Source: a virus
Virus record (IMG/VR): IMGVR_UViG_3300043775_001731
DNA: 64,000 bases
Reading direction: 5' to 3' (one strand)
Positions within the stretch are counted from its first letter, which is position 1. The number at the start of each line of letters is the position of its first letter. This document shows positions 10,100 through 18,381 of this stretch, piece by piece. The notes under the pieces are model-generated. The model was not told the DNA's origin and made no database searches. It saw only the letters and a list, made by a program, of their open reading frames with translations. The position numbers and the translations under genes were made by a program.

Positions 10100-10875
10100 T
10101 CCGACTCGTCTTCTACCCACTTTAATGTTCTCCATTTCGAACCGTTATAGAACTTAACGGTGTCCGTTGTTTCGTCGTAAATAAAAGTACCCTTCTTAAC
10201 GTTAAGATCGCTAGAAGAATCTAATTGTAAATGTTTTACCGATAGCTTGTTAACGCTAAGTTTTGAAGTTTTAAGCGATAGCTGTTTAGTATACTTCGTC
10301 AAAGATTCAGCAATAATATCGCTAAATGTTTTGCTATCAAATGCTAGGTTAGTCAACTCTCCATGCATTGATGTTAAAACACAATTATCTAGAATCTCTA
10401 ACGCGGATGGGGCGAACTGATCTCTAGAAGCCAGTACGCAGTTCTTTGTATGAAATAAGAGAGATAAGTTAGGGGGGATGTCTGAAGATAGTATGCTAGT
10501 ACTATCTGGAGGAAAGTGAAATCTTAAACAGTTATTAGTAATAACTTGTAAGTGTTTTTCGTTCTTTCCGTGAACTAGTGGCAAATCTCGCTTGAAATAA
10601 TGCTTGCCTTCAGACTCATAGGCATAACCAATGCCAGTTTCATGGCCAACTATAACATTATTCTGATAACAAACCAACCTATAAAAGAATTTATTATTGG
10701 GGCCGAGGCCGATTGAATTAGCAACTGTGTTATCTTCAGTAATGTGTTTATAATATACGGCTTCTGAAAATTCTATATTTGCACGTTGTATATCATCTAT
10801 TCCACATAATAATAGATCGTTGCTACTTGGATCATCACAAGGTTTTACAGCTTCAATCGCTTGACTTTGTTTCAT
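10096..10875 (-). CDS. hypothetical virion-associated protein
   Basis: C-terminal KGTFIYDETTDTVKFYNGSKW typical of tail-fibre-type segments. Confidence 0.5.
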   Translation of the reverse strand: MKQSQAIEAVKPCDDPSSNDLLLCGIDDIQRANIEFSEAVYYKHITEDNTVANSIGLGPNNKFFYRLVCYQNNVIVGHETGIGYAYESEGKHYFKRDLPLVHGKNEKHLQVITNNCLRFHFPPDSTSILSSDIPPNLSLLFHTKNCVLASRDQFAPSALEILDNCVLTSMHGELTNLAFDSKTFSDIIAESLTKYTKQLSLKTSKLSVNKLSVKHLQLDSSSDLNVKKGTFIYDETTDTVKFYNGSKWRTLKWVEDESE

Positions 10876-11023
10876 CGTTGTCCTCTTCAGTGTCCTTGTC
10901 CTTGGTGGAGAGTAACGATGCTAGTGATTTATCCGTCTGATTTAAGTCAGATTCTATTTGTTGCTGTAAAGAAGCGGTAGCGCGACAATCCAATTGCGTT
11001 TCAATTGTTTGTTTCTTTTTCAT
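10853..11023 (-). CDS. small hypothetical protein, first gene of the late operon
   Basis: ATG 11023 with a GGAG RBS and a GTGTATAAT motif upstream. Confidence 0.55.
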   Translation of the reverse strand: MKKKQTIETQLDCRATASLQQQIESDLNQTDKSLASLLSTKDKDTEEDNDETKSSD

Positions 11024-11254
11024 AAAAAGTCTCCTATACAACATTATACACCGCATAGCGATAAATTGACAGATTAAATGAATCAAATAGGGGCGATGGG
11101 GGAGGATTGGGTAGTACATTAGTTTATATATTTCCAATTGTGAATGGACCACCCCTCGTTTTTTCGACATATCTTGCCTAGGCTACTTATAAGATAAAAC
11201 CCCCCCATATCCCCCATCTTAACAAAGAGCAGATCGTATCAATGTGGTAGTTGA

Positions 11255-11336
11255 CGTAAGTGCTTGTGGGGTATAGGGTTACGACGAATATCCCCCGCCA
11301 TTTTTGACGTAAACCCTTATGGGATATAGACTTACG
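11255..11336. repeat. paired 29-bp dyad element A
   Basis: CGTAAGTGCTT-gtggggt-ATAGGGTTACG (11255) and CGTAAACCCTT-atgggat-ATAGACTTACG (11308); 53-bp offset. Confidence 0.85.
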
Positions 11337-11384
11337 ACTAATAATATGATCGACACGATGTTCTGTTTAAGAGAATAATATATT

Positions 11385-11400
11385 TGGCACACCGTTTGCT
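11385..11400 (+). promoter_or_regulatory. sigma54-type -24/-12 motif
   Basis: TGGCACACCGTTTGCT (GG-N10-GC). Confidence 0.65.
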
Positions 11401-11459
11401 CTAGAGAATATTTCTTGCTTTGGCACAAGATTATATTCAAAAATATTTTAGATTGCTAC

Positions 11460-11487
11460 TTGACATGGCCGATAAGTATGGTATAAT
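11460..11487 (+). promoter_or_regulatory. sigma70 promoter with GCCGATA spacer box
   Basis: TTGACA-tggccgataagtatgg-TATAAT. Confidence 0.85.
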
Positions 11488-11518
11488 AAGAGCATAAGAA
11501 AGAAAGAGAGAAAGAAAA

Positions 11519-11713
11519 ATGACAATCAACACTGAAATCAAGACAACCTACAATGGCAAGACTTATACGGGCTTCATTGTAGAAAAGAAGATGGTCAAGG
11601 GTCGTGAAATGATCCGAATCATGATTGAAGATAGTTCGCGGAATGAGGGTATTGGATACCGTAGCATGTACGTTGACATGATGACTCAAACTTCCGAAAA
11701 TCTTTTTGCTTAA
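11519..11713 (+). CDS. small early hypothetical protein
   Basis: own promoter and purine-rich leader. Confidence 0.7.
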   Translation: MTINTEIKTTYNGKTYTGFIVEKKMVKGREMIRIMIEDSSRNEGIGYRSMYVDMMTQTSENLFA

Positions 11714-11772
11714 GGCTTGACACGGGAAAAGACGATAGATATAATAGAGAGAAAGAAAGAGAGAGAAAGAAA

Positions 11773-11937
11773 ATGACATACTTCGCACAAATCGTAGACG
11801 CTTGGGATTGTGAACTAGACTTCATCGGCCCTTTCACTAGTGAGGATGCGGCCAATACTGCCGCTTTCGATAAGTGGGATGGTGAGGATGGATGTAGGGT
11901 TTATATCGTTCGTAGACTTCCCGCTTCCAATAACTGA
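11773..11937 (+). CDS. small early hypothetical protein (MTYFAQIVDAWD...)
   Basis: 54 aa; own TTGACA/TATAAT promoter and AAAGAAAGAGAGAAAGAAAATG leader. Confidence 0.65.
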   Translation: MTYFAQIVDAWDCELDFIGPFTSEDAANTAAFDKWDGEDGCRVYIVRRLPASNN

Positions 11938-12013
11938 AAAAATATTTTCTATAGGCTTGACACGGCGAAAGCCGATGAGTATAATAGAGCGAAAGAAAGA
12001 AAAGGAAAAGAAA

Positions 12014-12142
12014 ATGACAACGCTTGTGCTGATCGTAGTAGGAAAGAAATACAAGGTATACAAGGATATGGGCAATGGTAAGCGTAGGCTTCTAGGCTCT
12101 TTCAATAGTTCGACTGAGGCCGAACGATTCATGAACGCTTGA
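12014..12142 (+). CDS. 42-aa early protein, paralog of 13270..13398
   Basis: MTTLVLIVVGKKYKVY...; own promoter. Confidence 0.7.
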   Translation: MTTLVLIVVGKKYKVYKDMGNGKRRLLGSFNSSTEAERFMNA

Positions 12143-12203
12143 CAAATAGATAGACGATAGATATAATATCCACAGTTATCCAACCCTAAGAAAGAAAAAG
12201 AAA

Positions 12204-12419
12204 ATGTTTGGCACTGCATACGCTGTCCGTAAGAATAACCTCAACACTATCTTCGCATCTATGATCGCTGGTAAGTATACCAGTGTGATCGACCCGAAGG
12301 GTAGGGTATATGCTGGCCTTATCAATGCTGTCATGCGTGAGGATGGTAGTGGTCGCAACTGGATCGTAACCATCACGAATCAGACCAAGAGTGAACGGGT
12401 GTTCATTCACGCAGCCTAG
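12204..12419 (+). CDS. small early hypothetical protein
   Basis: own promoter (TTGACA 12139) and purine-rich leader. Confidence 0.7.
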   Translation: MFGTAYAVRKNNLNTIFASMIAGKYTSVIDPKGRVYAGLINAVMREDGSGRNWIVTITNQTKSERVFIHAA

Positions 12420-12544
12420 AGCGTACTATCTAATCTAAACCGGTAAGCACCCCCCACAATAGGGAGACAATAGAATGCCCATTCTAGTATTCGTATGCGT
12501 GTACGTTGGACTACTGTACATCTGTATGACTGTAGAAGATTGAA

Positions 12545-12626
12545 CGTAAAGCCTTATCCTATAAGGACTTAGGGCGAATCCGGCCCCCCAGATTTGACGT
12601 AAACCCTTGTGGCATAAGGACTTAGG
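12545..12626. repeat. paired 29-bp dyad element B
   Basis: CGTAAAGCCTT-atcctat-AAGGACTTAGG (12545) and CGTAAACCCTT-gtggcat-AAGGACTTAGG (12598). Confidence 0.9.
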
Positions 12627-12637
12627 GCGAATATCAA

Positions 12638-12653
12638 CGCAAAATCCGTGCCA
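12638..12653 (-). promoter_or_regulatory. sigma54-type motif (antisense)
   Basis: minus strand TGGCACGGATTTTGCG. Confidence 0.6.
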
Positions 12654-12708
12654 AAAAATAATATATTCCACGCCTAAAAAAGAGGCATGTTAAGATGGGC
12701 AATCCGTT

Positions 12709-12784
12709 GCAAAATGCTACACTACCTCAGTTTCACGGCGGAAATCACTAACGCAAAATGCTACAGGGTGTTGCAAAATGCTAC
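12709..12784 (+). repeat. three direct repeats of GCAAAATGCTAC
   Basis: identical 12-mers at 12709, 12753 and 12773. Confidence 0.85.
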
Positions 12785-12856
12785 GCTCAATATCTAAGCA
12801 CAAAAAATGTCATAGCGTTTTTCCCGAGCGAAACGCAAAAAAAAATAATCTATGTT

Positions 12857-12872
12857 TGGCACGGTAGTTGCT
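12857..12872 (+). promoter_or_regulatory. sigma54-type -24/-12 motif
   Basis: TGGCACGGTAGTTGCT, upstream of the ORF ending at 13052. Confidence 0.7.
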
Positions 12873-13269
12873 CTTATATATAGCATAAGAAAGAGAGAGT
12901 TTAAGATGATGAATAAGACAATGAAAAATGCGATTAAGAGAATCAAGAATGAAAACAATAGGCAAGTTGCATACAATATGCCGATTGTGAATAAGGATAT
13001 GAAAAAGAATGATGAAATGGTTCGTAAGTTTTTTGAAAGTATGAAAGGTTGATAGTATGAGAAAGTCTTATAGATATTCCGATGATGGTTATGATTATTC
13101 CCGTGACAATCGGGACGGATACGTTCAAGAGTTTTTGAAGTCTCTGGAAAGAGATGAGGAAATGAAGCGTATGCAAGAAAAAACGAAAAACGAAAACAAA
13201 AAATCGTAAGTTTTTCCGCTTGCATCTTCAAGATTAGACGCTAGAATGTCGATAGATAAGAAAGAGAAA

Positions 13270-13398
13270 ATGAAAATGACTCAGGTTTTGATCGTAGTCG
13301 GAAACAAGTATAAGGTATATTCCGAAGCCAACGGAAAGCGTAAACTGTTGGGAGTTTTTAAGACTTCCCAAGATGCTATTCGGTTCATGAACTCTTGA
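13270..13398 (+). CDS. 42-aa early protein, paralog of 12014..12142
   Basis: MKMTQVLIVVGNKYKVYSEANGKRKLLGVFKTSQDAIRFMNS. Confidence 0.7.
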   Translation: MKMTQVLIVVGNKYKVYSEANGKRKLLGVFKTSQDAIRFMNS

Positions 13399-13415
13399 AA
13401 CAAGGAAAACAAAAA

Positions 13416-13742
13416 ATGAAAAAGTTTAAGATTATCCGCGATGCCGAACGCCAGATTCGTTCATGCTTTTTGGGAATCGCCGTTCCTCATCAGCCTAGCC
13501 TAGCCGATGGTGAATACGGGCCAATCCGTAGCGAAAAGGTAATCAAGTTTAATAAAACGGCTTTGCGAAATATGGGCAAGATGAAGAAAGAGAAAGTCGA
13601 TCCCCGCCTTGTAGGGGGTAGTGATCTCATGGTTGATAAGGTAGGTAAGCCGGGAAGCAAAGATAGAGTAGAGGCTTTGCGGGCTTTCTATGAACTACAG
13701 AATATGGCAGGACAGGAAATCTCCGCATTTCACGAAGAATAG
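13416..13742 (+). CDS. early hypothetical protein
   Basis: ATG preceded by an AAGGA RBS. Confidence 0.65.
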   Translation: MKKFKIIRDAERQIRSCFLGIAVPHQPSLADGEYGPIRSEKVIKFNKTALRNMGKMKKEKVDPRLVGGSDLMVDKVGKPGSKDRVEALRAFYELQNMAGQEISAFHEE

Positions 13743-13863
13743 GGGGTTTTGGTAAGATAGGCAAGATGGGTAATCTAGGCAAAATGGGGGGTTTGGGGGG
13801 TTTGGGCAAACTGGGAAGTCTCGGCCAAACTGGCCGGATCATTTTGTAGTCAGCGTAGTCAGC
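13742..13863 (+). repeat. 9-bp-period G-rich tract followed by TAGTCAGC x2
   Basis: ggtaagata ggcaagatg ggtaatcta ggcaaaatg gggggtttg gggggtttg ggcaaactg ggaagtctc. Confidence 0.7.
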
Positions 13864-14170
13864 AAAAATCCGCTTGACAACTAAAGTCTAGACGATAGAA
13901 TGTCGATATAAGAACAAAGGAGAAAGAAATGTATCGTGCTAGTTTCATCTTTGTCGTGTTCGTTCTGCCGATTCTGAATATTGTGTTTTGCCTTGGATTT
14001 CTGGCGGGAAAGTATTCACAATGAAAAAGTGGATTTGCTACAATCTGTTTGGTGAACATCCTGATGATGTTGACACGTTTGGTATGGTTAGTGGGCTAGG
14101 CATTTTGGCTTTCTTGGTTTTCTGGACTAGTTATCTTTTTGTTTATCTTCCCTTTTACTTTTGGTGCTAA

Positions 14171-14473
14171 ATGACTCACTCCGAAGCGACTAAGATGGTT
14201 TTGGGCAAGACTAATCGCAGTCAACGTAAGGTGGGAAACAATACCTACGCTTACATTGAACATGATGGAAGTGTGGCGATTGAGTTGCATGGTACTAAGG
14301 TGGTGGTTTTTTATCCTAACGGGCTGATTAAGTTGAGCAGTGGTGGATATCGAACCAGCACTACTAAAAAGCGTATTAATCAGTATAGTCCGGTGAGTGT
14401 GTACCAGAAAAACTTTGAATGGTTTTTGCGTGATGGTACTCCGTTTGAAGATAATGTTTTGGTTCGTAACTAA
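14171..14473 (+). CDS. early hypothetical protein
   Basis: 100-aa ORF (LHGT...LSSGGYRTSTTKKRINQY). Confidence 0.7.
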   Translation: MTHSEATKMVLGKTNRSQRKVGNNTYAYIEHDGSVAIELHGTKVVVFYPNGLIKLSSGGYRTSTTKKRINQYSPVSVYQKNFEWFLRDGTPFEDNVLVRN

Positions 14474-14667
14474 AGAAAGGGATCACGGATGGTCGATATT
14501 AACTGGGTACAAATAGGTGTGGGATTTGTTATTGGCGTTGGTTGCTCTTATCTTGTTTCTGATCTTGTTTTTCCAATAAGGAAGTGAAAATGCGTACAGG
14601 TGATGCGATTGTTCTTTCTATTTCATTCGTGATCGGATGTATAGCGGCTTGGATTGTGAACAGTTGA

Positions 14668-14727
14668 CGTAACTCTATATCTGACAAGGGTTTAGGGCGA
14701 ACGGGGCGGGCCGCGATTTTCGTGCCA
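14668..14727. repeat. dyad element C (single dyad + linker + antisense TGGCACG)
   Basis: CGTAACTCTAT-atctgac-AAGGGTTTAGG, GGGGCGGGCCGCG linker, CGTGCCAAA exactly 53 bp after the dyad start. Confidence 0.8.
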
Positions 14728-15030
14728 AATCACCTTTCATCTTTTTAAGGAAAAAATATTGTTGGAGGGGCTTGACATTGCCGATATACCCTGTATGATG
14801 ATGGTATCACAAGGAGAAATGGAAATGAATACCTTTGAAGATCAAGAAGCGATGGATGCTTTCTTTGCCACACTGATCGCAGAAGAAGTGGTGGAACCAA
14901 TGGTTGAGCCGATTGACGAACCGGATTGTAGTCCGTTTGACTATGCAGAAGTGACGGGCCTGTGGGATGAAATGTATCCCGAGCCGCTTGACATCAACGA
15001 TTTCGTGTGGTAAAGTCTAACTAAGGAGAA

Positions 15031-15252
15031 ATGAAGATGAGTCACCCAGATCCCTGCTACGATCCCGAAAACTCTTATGAGGATGATGACATGGAATACC
15101 ATGATGATACTGCCGATGCTATCTATGATGATTACAATGATTTCTATGATGATAGTATGGATGGCGACCACGATAGTGCTATGAACTCTATCGGTTGGGA
15201 CGTTGATGAAGGTTATGGATGTTTTGGTGACACTTACGGAGATGATTTCTGA
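15031..15252 (+). CDS. extremely Asp-rich small protein
   Basis: AAGGAG RBS; composition dominated by D and Y. Confidence 0.7.
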   Translation: MKMSHPDPCYDPENSYEDDDMEYHDDTADAIYDDYNDFYDDSMDGDHDSAMNSIGWDVDEGYGCFGDTYGDDF

Positions 15253-15656
15253 TGAATGATGCGTTTACTTTGGGCATTTGTTTTGCTTGTGCCGTTGCGG
15301 CGATTGGTATTTTCCTTCTCTATAACATCTATAGGGGTGTAAATGATAGTCTTACTAATGCTGTTACTGGTACTGTATATAACTTTCGATACTTCCAGCC
15401 AGTAACGGGCGACTATGAAAGGTATCTCGCCAAGGTTGTTGGTGTTCGCAAGTTATCTCAGGCTGAAATCTCGCGTTTGAACTGGACAAGTGATTACCGT
15501 CAATATGATAGTGAGTTTAAGCGTAGTCCTACGCTTGTTACATGCGAAATGAGTAACGGTGATTTTCGACAGTTCTATGCTGAACGTAGCGACATGTGCA
15601 GGCGTTCAGCTGTAGGTGAACTTTTGTTCAAGGCTGGTGTGGCACACCTGTTTTAA
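15252..15656 (+). CDS. membrane-anchored hypothetical protein
   Basis: N-terminal TM helix; translationally coupled to the upstream gene. Confidence 0.65.
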   Translation: MNDAFTLGICFACAVAAIGIFLLYNIYRGVNDSLTNAVTGTVYNFRYFQPVTGDYERYLAKVVGVRKLSQAEISRLNWTSDYRQYDSEFKRSPTLVTCEMSNGDFRQFYAERSDMCRRSAVGELLFKAGVAHLF

Positions 15657-15678
15657 TGTACACTGCCTAGACCCTTCT

Positions 15679-15760
15679 CCTAAGTCCTTACGGGCAAAGG
15701 AGTTAGGGCTAGGCGGGCGGGCCGGATTTGTCGTAAAGCGTTGTGGGATATAGACTTAGA
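15679..15760. repeat. paired 29-bp dyad element D
   Basis: CCTAAGTCCTT-acgggca-AAGGAGTTAGG (15679) and CGTAAAGCGTT-gtgggat-ATAGACTTAGA (15732). Confidence 0.85.
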
Positions 15761-16047
15761 AAAAGTTTCAAGTCGGGCTTGACAAACGCCGATAATATGG
15801 TAGGCTACGTAAGTCCGCATAGCATAAGGAGTTATGGTATGTCAAAATGGGATGAATGGGTACACTGCGAGGAATCGGCAGACTTGGTAGTTTGGGAGGA
15901 ATGGGAAGAATACAAAAGGCAGGCAAAATGCGGGGGAGAGTCTTTCCCAAAGAATGAAGATTGATGTTGTGCAGATAGTCAGCGACAGGATGACTTGACA
16001 GACCTTCCATTTTAGAGTAAACTTTGTAGACAAGAAAGGACGATAAT

Positions 16048-16251
16048 ATGATTATCAAACCTAAACAGAACGCTCGCAAGTGGACAAAAGAACGGTTGAA
16101 ACGGCATCCTGGCTTGTGGGAAGTTGAGCAGGAAGCAAAGGAAGCACCGTGCTGGCAGGGAGAAAAGGCTATTCTTTTGAAAAACATTCAAGATGGTTGG
16201 AGTGGCTGGTTTCCTGTAATAGACATTGAGGTAGAAAATGGGAATATTTGA
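16048..16251 (+). CDS. small hypothetical protein
   Basis: AAGGA RBS. Confidence 0.6.
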   Translation: MIIKPKQNARKWTKERLKRHPGLWEVEQEAKEAPCWQGEKAILLKNIQDGWSGWFPVIDIEVENGNI

Positions 16252-16516
16252 TATCTTTACTGCATCTGAGATGAGGGCTATCTGGCGTGATGAGACTAAC
16301 GCATGGCCCGAGAACTTTACTCTATGCGTGAATGATCTACTGGCTAATGATCTTCTGGATTCATGGCTTGACAACCATAGCGATGAGGAGTATCGTGAGC
16401 GTATCCGCGAGATTGTTGAGGATGAGACTTATGGCTATGAAGACGATGATGGTAACGAACTACTGGATTTCAACCCTATCGTAGAAAATGACGGACAGAT
16501 TAAGTTATTTGAATAG
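16238..16516 (+). CDS. acidic small hypothetical protein
   Basis: GAGG RBS; D/E-rich. Confidence 0.65.
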   Translation: MGIFDIFTASEMRAIWRDETNAWPENFTLCVNDLLANDLLDSWLDNHSDEEYRERIREIVEDETYGYEDDDGNELLDFNPIVENDGQIKLFE

Positions 16517-16600
16517 TTGACAAACTGGGGGCTTATGGCATAATGATATCAAAGAAGCCATAAGTAAAAGACAGTCGAGTATGGCAGACACCCCCATTTT

Positions 16601-16674
16601 GGGTCATTAGCTCAGTTGGTTAGAGCATCGGACTTTTAATCCGTTGGTCGTAGGTTCGAATCCTACATGACTCA
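16601..16674 (+). tRNA. tRNA-Lys(UUU)
   Basis: cloverleaf; anticodon loop CTTTTAA; GTTCGAAT T-loop. Confidence 0.95.
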
Positions 16675-16894
16675 TTGACTTTTTGGTGTGTATACAGTAT
16701 AATAGATAAAACCATTCCTTTAACCCCTAAATACTATGTACAACGAAAATGTCATGAAATGGTGCGGCCCTTACGATACTGAAGAGTATGATGATCTTAT
16801 CGTATATGAGGAAGAGATTATCGTAGTAGATGATAGTGAGGAATGGTATAACAATATTTATGCTTCGGAGGCTGACGGTTGAGTTGCGGTGGTG

Positions 16895-16966
16895 GCCGAC
16901 ATAGCTCAATGGTAGAGCCACTGATTTGTAATCAGTAGGTTACAGGTTCAAGTCCTGTTGTCGGCT
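16895..16966 (+). tRNA. tRNA-Thr(UGU)
   Basis: ACTGA-TTTGTAA-TCAGT anticodon arm. Confidence 0.95.
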
Positions 16967-16967
16967 C

Positions 16968-17038
16968 TTCGGGATGGTGAAACGGTATCACGACTGACTT
17001 TGGATCAGTCTTTCTACGTTCGAATCGTAGTCCCGAAA
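16968..17038 (+). tRNA. tRNA-Gln(UUG)
   Basis: ACTGA-CTTTGGA-TCAGT; TTCGGGA/TCCCGAA acceptor stem. Confidence 0.93.
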
Positions 17039-17041
17039 TAT

Positions 17042-17113
17042 TGGCAAATAGCACAACGGTAGTGCAAGCGGCTGTTAACCGCTAGGTTATAGGTTCGAAT
17101 CCTGTTTTGCCAG
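17042..17113 (+). tRNA. tRNA-Asn(GUU)
   Basis: AGCGG-CTGTTAA-CCGCT. Confidence 0.95.
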
Positions 17114-17116
17114 CTT

Positions 17117-17188
17117 GGCCCCATCTTCTAACGGTTAGGAAATCGGATTTTCGCTCCGAGAATCAGGGTTCGATTCCCTGTGGGGTCA
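17117..17188 (+). tRNA. tRNA-Glu(UUC)
   Basis: TCGGA-TTTTCGC-TCCGA. Confidence 0.92.
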
Positions 17189-17192
17189 TTTT

Positions 17193-17266
17193 GGGAATGT
17201 AGATCAATTGGTTAGATCGCTAGCCTGTCACGCTAGAGGTTGCGGGTTCAAGTCCCGTCATTCTCG
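17193..17266 (+). tRNA. tRNA-Asp(GUC)
   Basis: CTAGC-CTGTCAC-GCTAG. Confidence 0.95.
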
Positions 17267-17275
17267 TTTTCTTTT

Positions 17276-17335
17276 CGTAAGTCCTTATCTCTCAAGGATT
17301 TAGCAACAACGGGGCGGGCCGCGTTTTTCGTGCCA
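17276..17335. repeat. dyad element E (single dyad + linker + antisense TGGCACG)
   Basis: CGTAAGTCCTT-atctctc-AAGGATTTAGC; CGTGCCAAA at +53. Confidence 0.85.
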
Positions 17336-17374
17336 AATGCCCTAGGATTCAGTTATTTCATTTTTTGCAACAAG

Positions 17375-17390
17375 TGGCACACGCTTTGCT
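17375..17390 (+). promoter_or_regulatory. sigma54-type -24/-12 motif
   Basis: TGGCACACGCTTTGCT. Confidence 0.65.
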
Positions 17391-17456
17391 CTCTAAAGAT
17401 TTCTCTTGACCATGCCGATATAGAGTGTAGAATGATGGCATACACAGGAGAAAGTT

Positions 17457-18161
17457 ATGAAAGTTGCAGACGGTAACGATAAACTTGGTAAGGGTTGTTT
17501 GGTGGTGTCGCGTCCCGTGGGTGATACTTGCCCACCTACTTGTGCATTTCTTGGTGACGGTTGCTATGCAGAGCAAACCGAGAAAATGTATCCTAACGTG
17601 CGTCCTGCTGGTATGCAGAATCTTATCACAGAGAAGAATCGTATTCGTGCTATGATTCTGGAAGCGATTCGTAAAGAGAAGTCTATTCGTTGGCATGAGC
17701 GTGGTGATTGGTTTCTCAATGGTGAGTTGGATACCAACTATGTTGAGAATGTAATGTGGGCTTGTGAGAGTATTCTGGCCGATGGGGTTGCGTTGCCCGA
17801 TATGTGGTTTTATACTCATATCTACGATAGTCGCCTTGTGGCATTTGAAAAGTATATGAATGTATATGCTAGTATCCACAATGATACCGATATGAATGAG
17901 GCAAAGGCTCAAGGTTTCAAACTGTTCGCGTGGTGCGATAGTGATCAAAAGATTGCTAAGAAGCGTCCCAAGCGTAAAGCCGCTGCTGCTGAGTGGCGTA
18001 ACAGTCTGCCCAAACTCGTCGTGCTAAATGGTACGAAGTTTATCACTTGCCCCGAAATCCGTCGTGGTCGTGGCGTTGTCACTTGCACACCGACTAAGGG
18101 TAGTGTAGACTGTAATCTGTGCGTCAAGGGTTTGGCTAACGTGTTGTTTCCCTCTCACTAA
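17457..18161 (+). CDS. Gp88-like Cys-rich protein
   Basis: GNDKLG...TCP..C...CYA, IRWHERGDW, WFYTH, TCP...CNLC pattern. Confidence 0.7.
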   Translation: MKVADGNDKLGKGCLVVSRPVGDTCPPTCAFLGDGCYAEQTEKMYPNVRPAGMQNLITEKNRIRAMILEAIRKEKSIRWHERGDWFLNGELDTNYVENVMWACESILADGVALPDMWFYTHIYDSRLVAFEKYMNVYASIHNDTDMNEAKAQGFKLFAWCDSDQKIAKKRPKRKAAAAEWRNSLPKLVVLNGTKFITCPEIRRGRGVVTCTPTKGSVDCNLCVKGLANVLFPSH

Positions 18162-18381
18162 GGATAACTATGGATATTTTTACTTATAAGTGCGTTACAC
18201 TCAAAGATTTTTGTGACCATGTTGATTGGGATTATGAAAATACTATGGAATCATTACTAAATAGTCCTATTAGTTTTGGCCCAAATGATGATACGCTAGT
18301 TCGTCCAGATACATTGGCAGATATTTGTGAGCGTGATTTTCCAGATAACTTTGATGCCGACATTCTTATTAGTCTAGGGAG

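Noticed and set aside
13627-13842. Pro-rich minus-strand ORF
   Set aside because: By-product of the 9-bp G-rich tract; antisense to a plus-strand unit, with no RBS seen.
16527-16596. tRNA-like element GGGGG...CCCCCA upstream of tRNA-Lys
   Set aside because: No T-loop or anticodon arm; it overlaps a TTGACA/CATAAT promoter.
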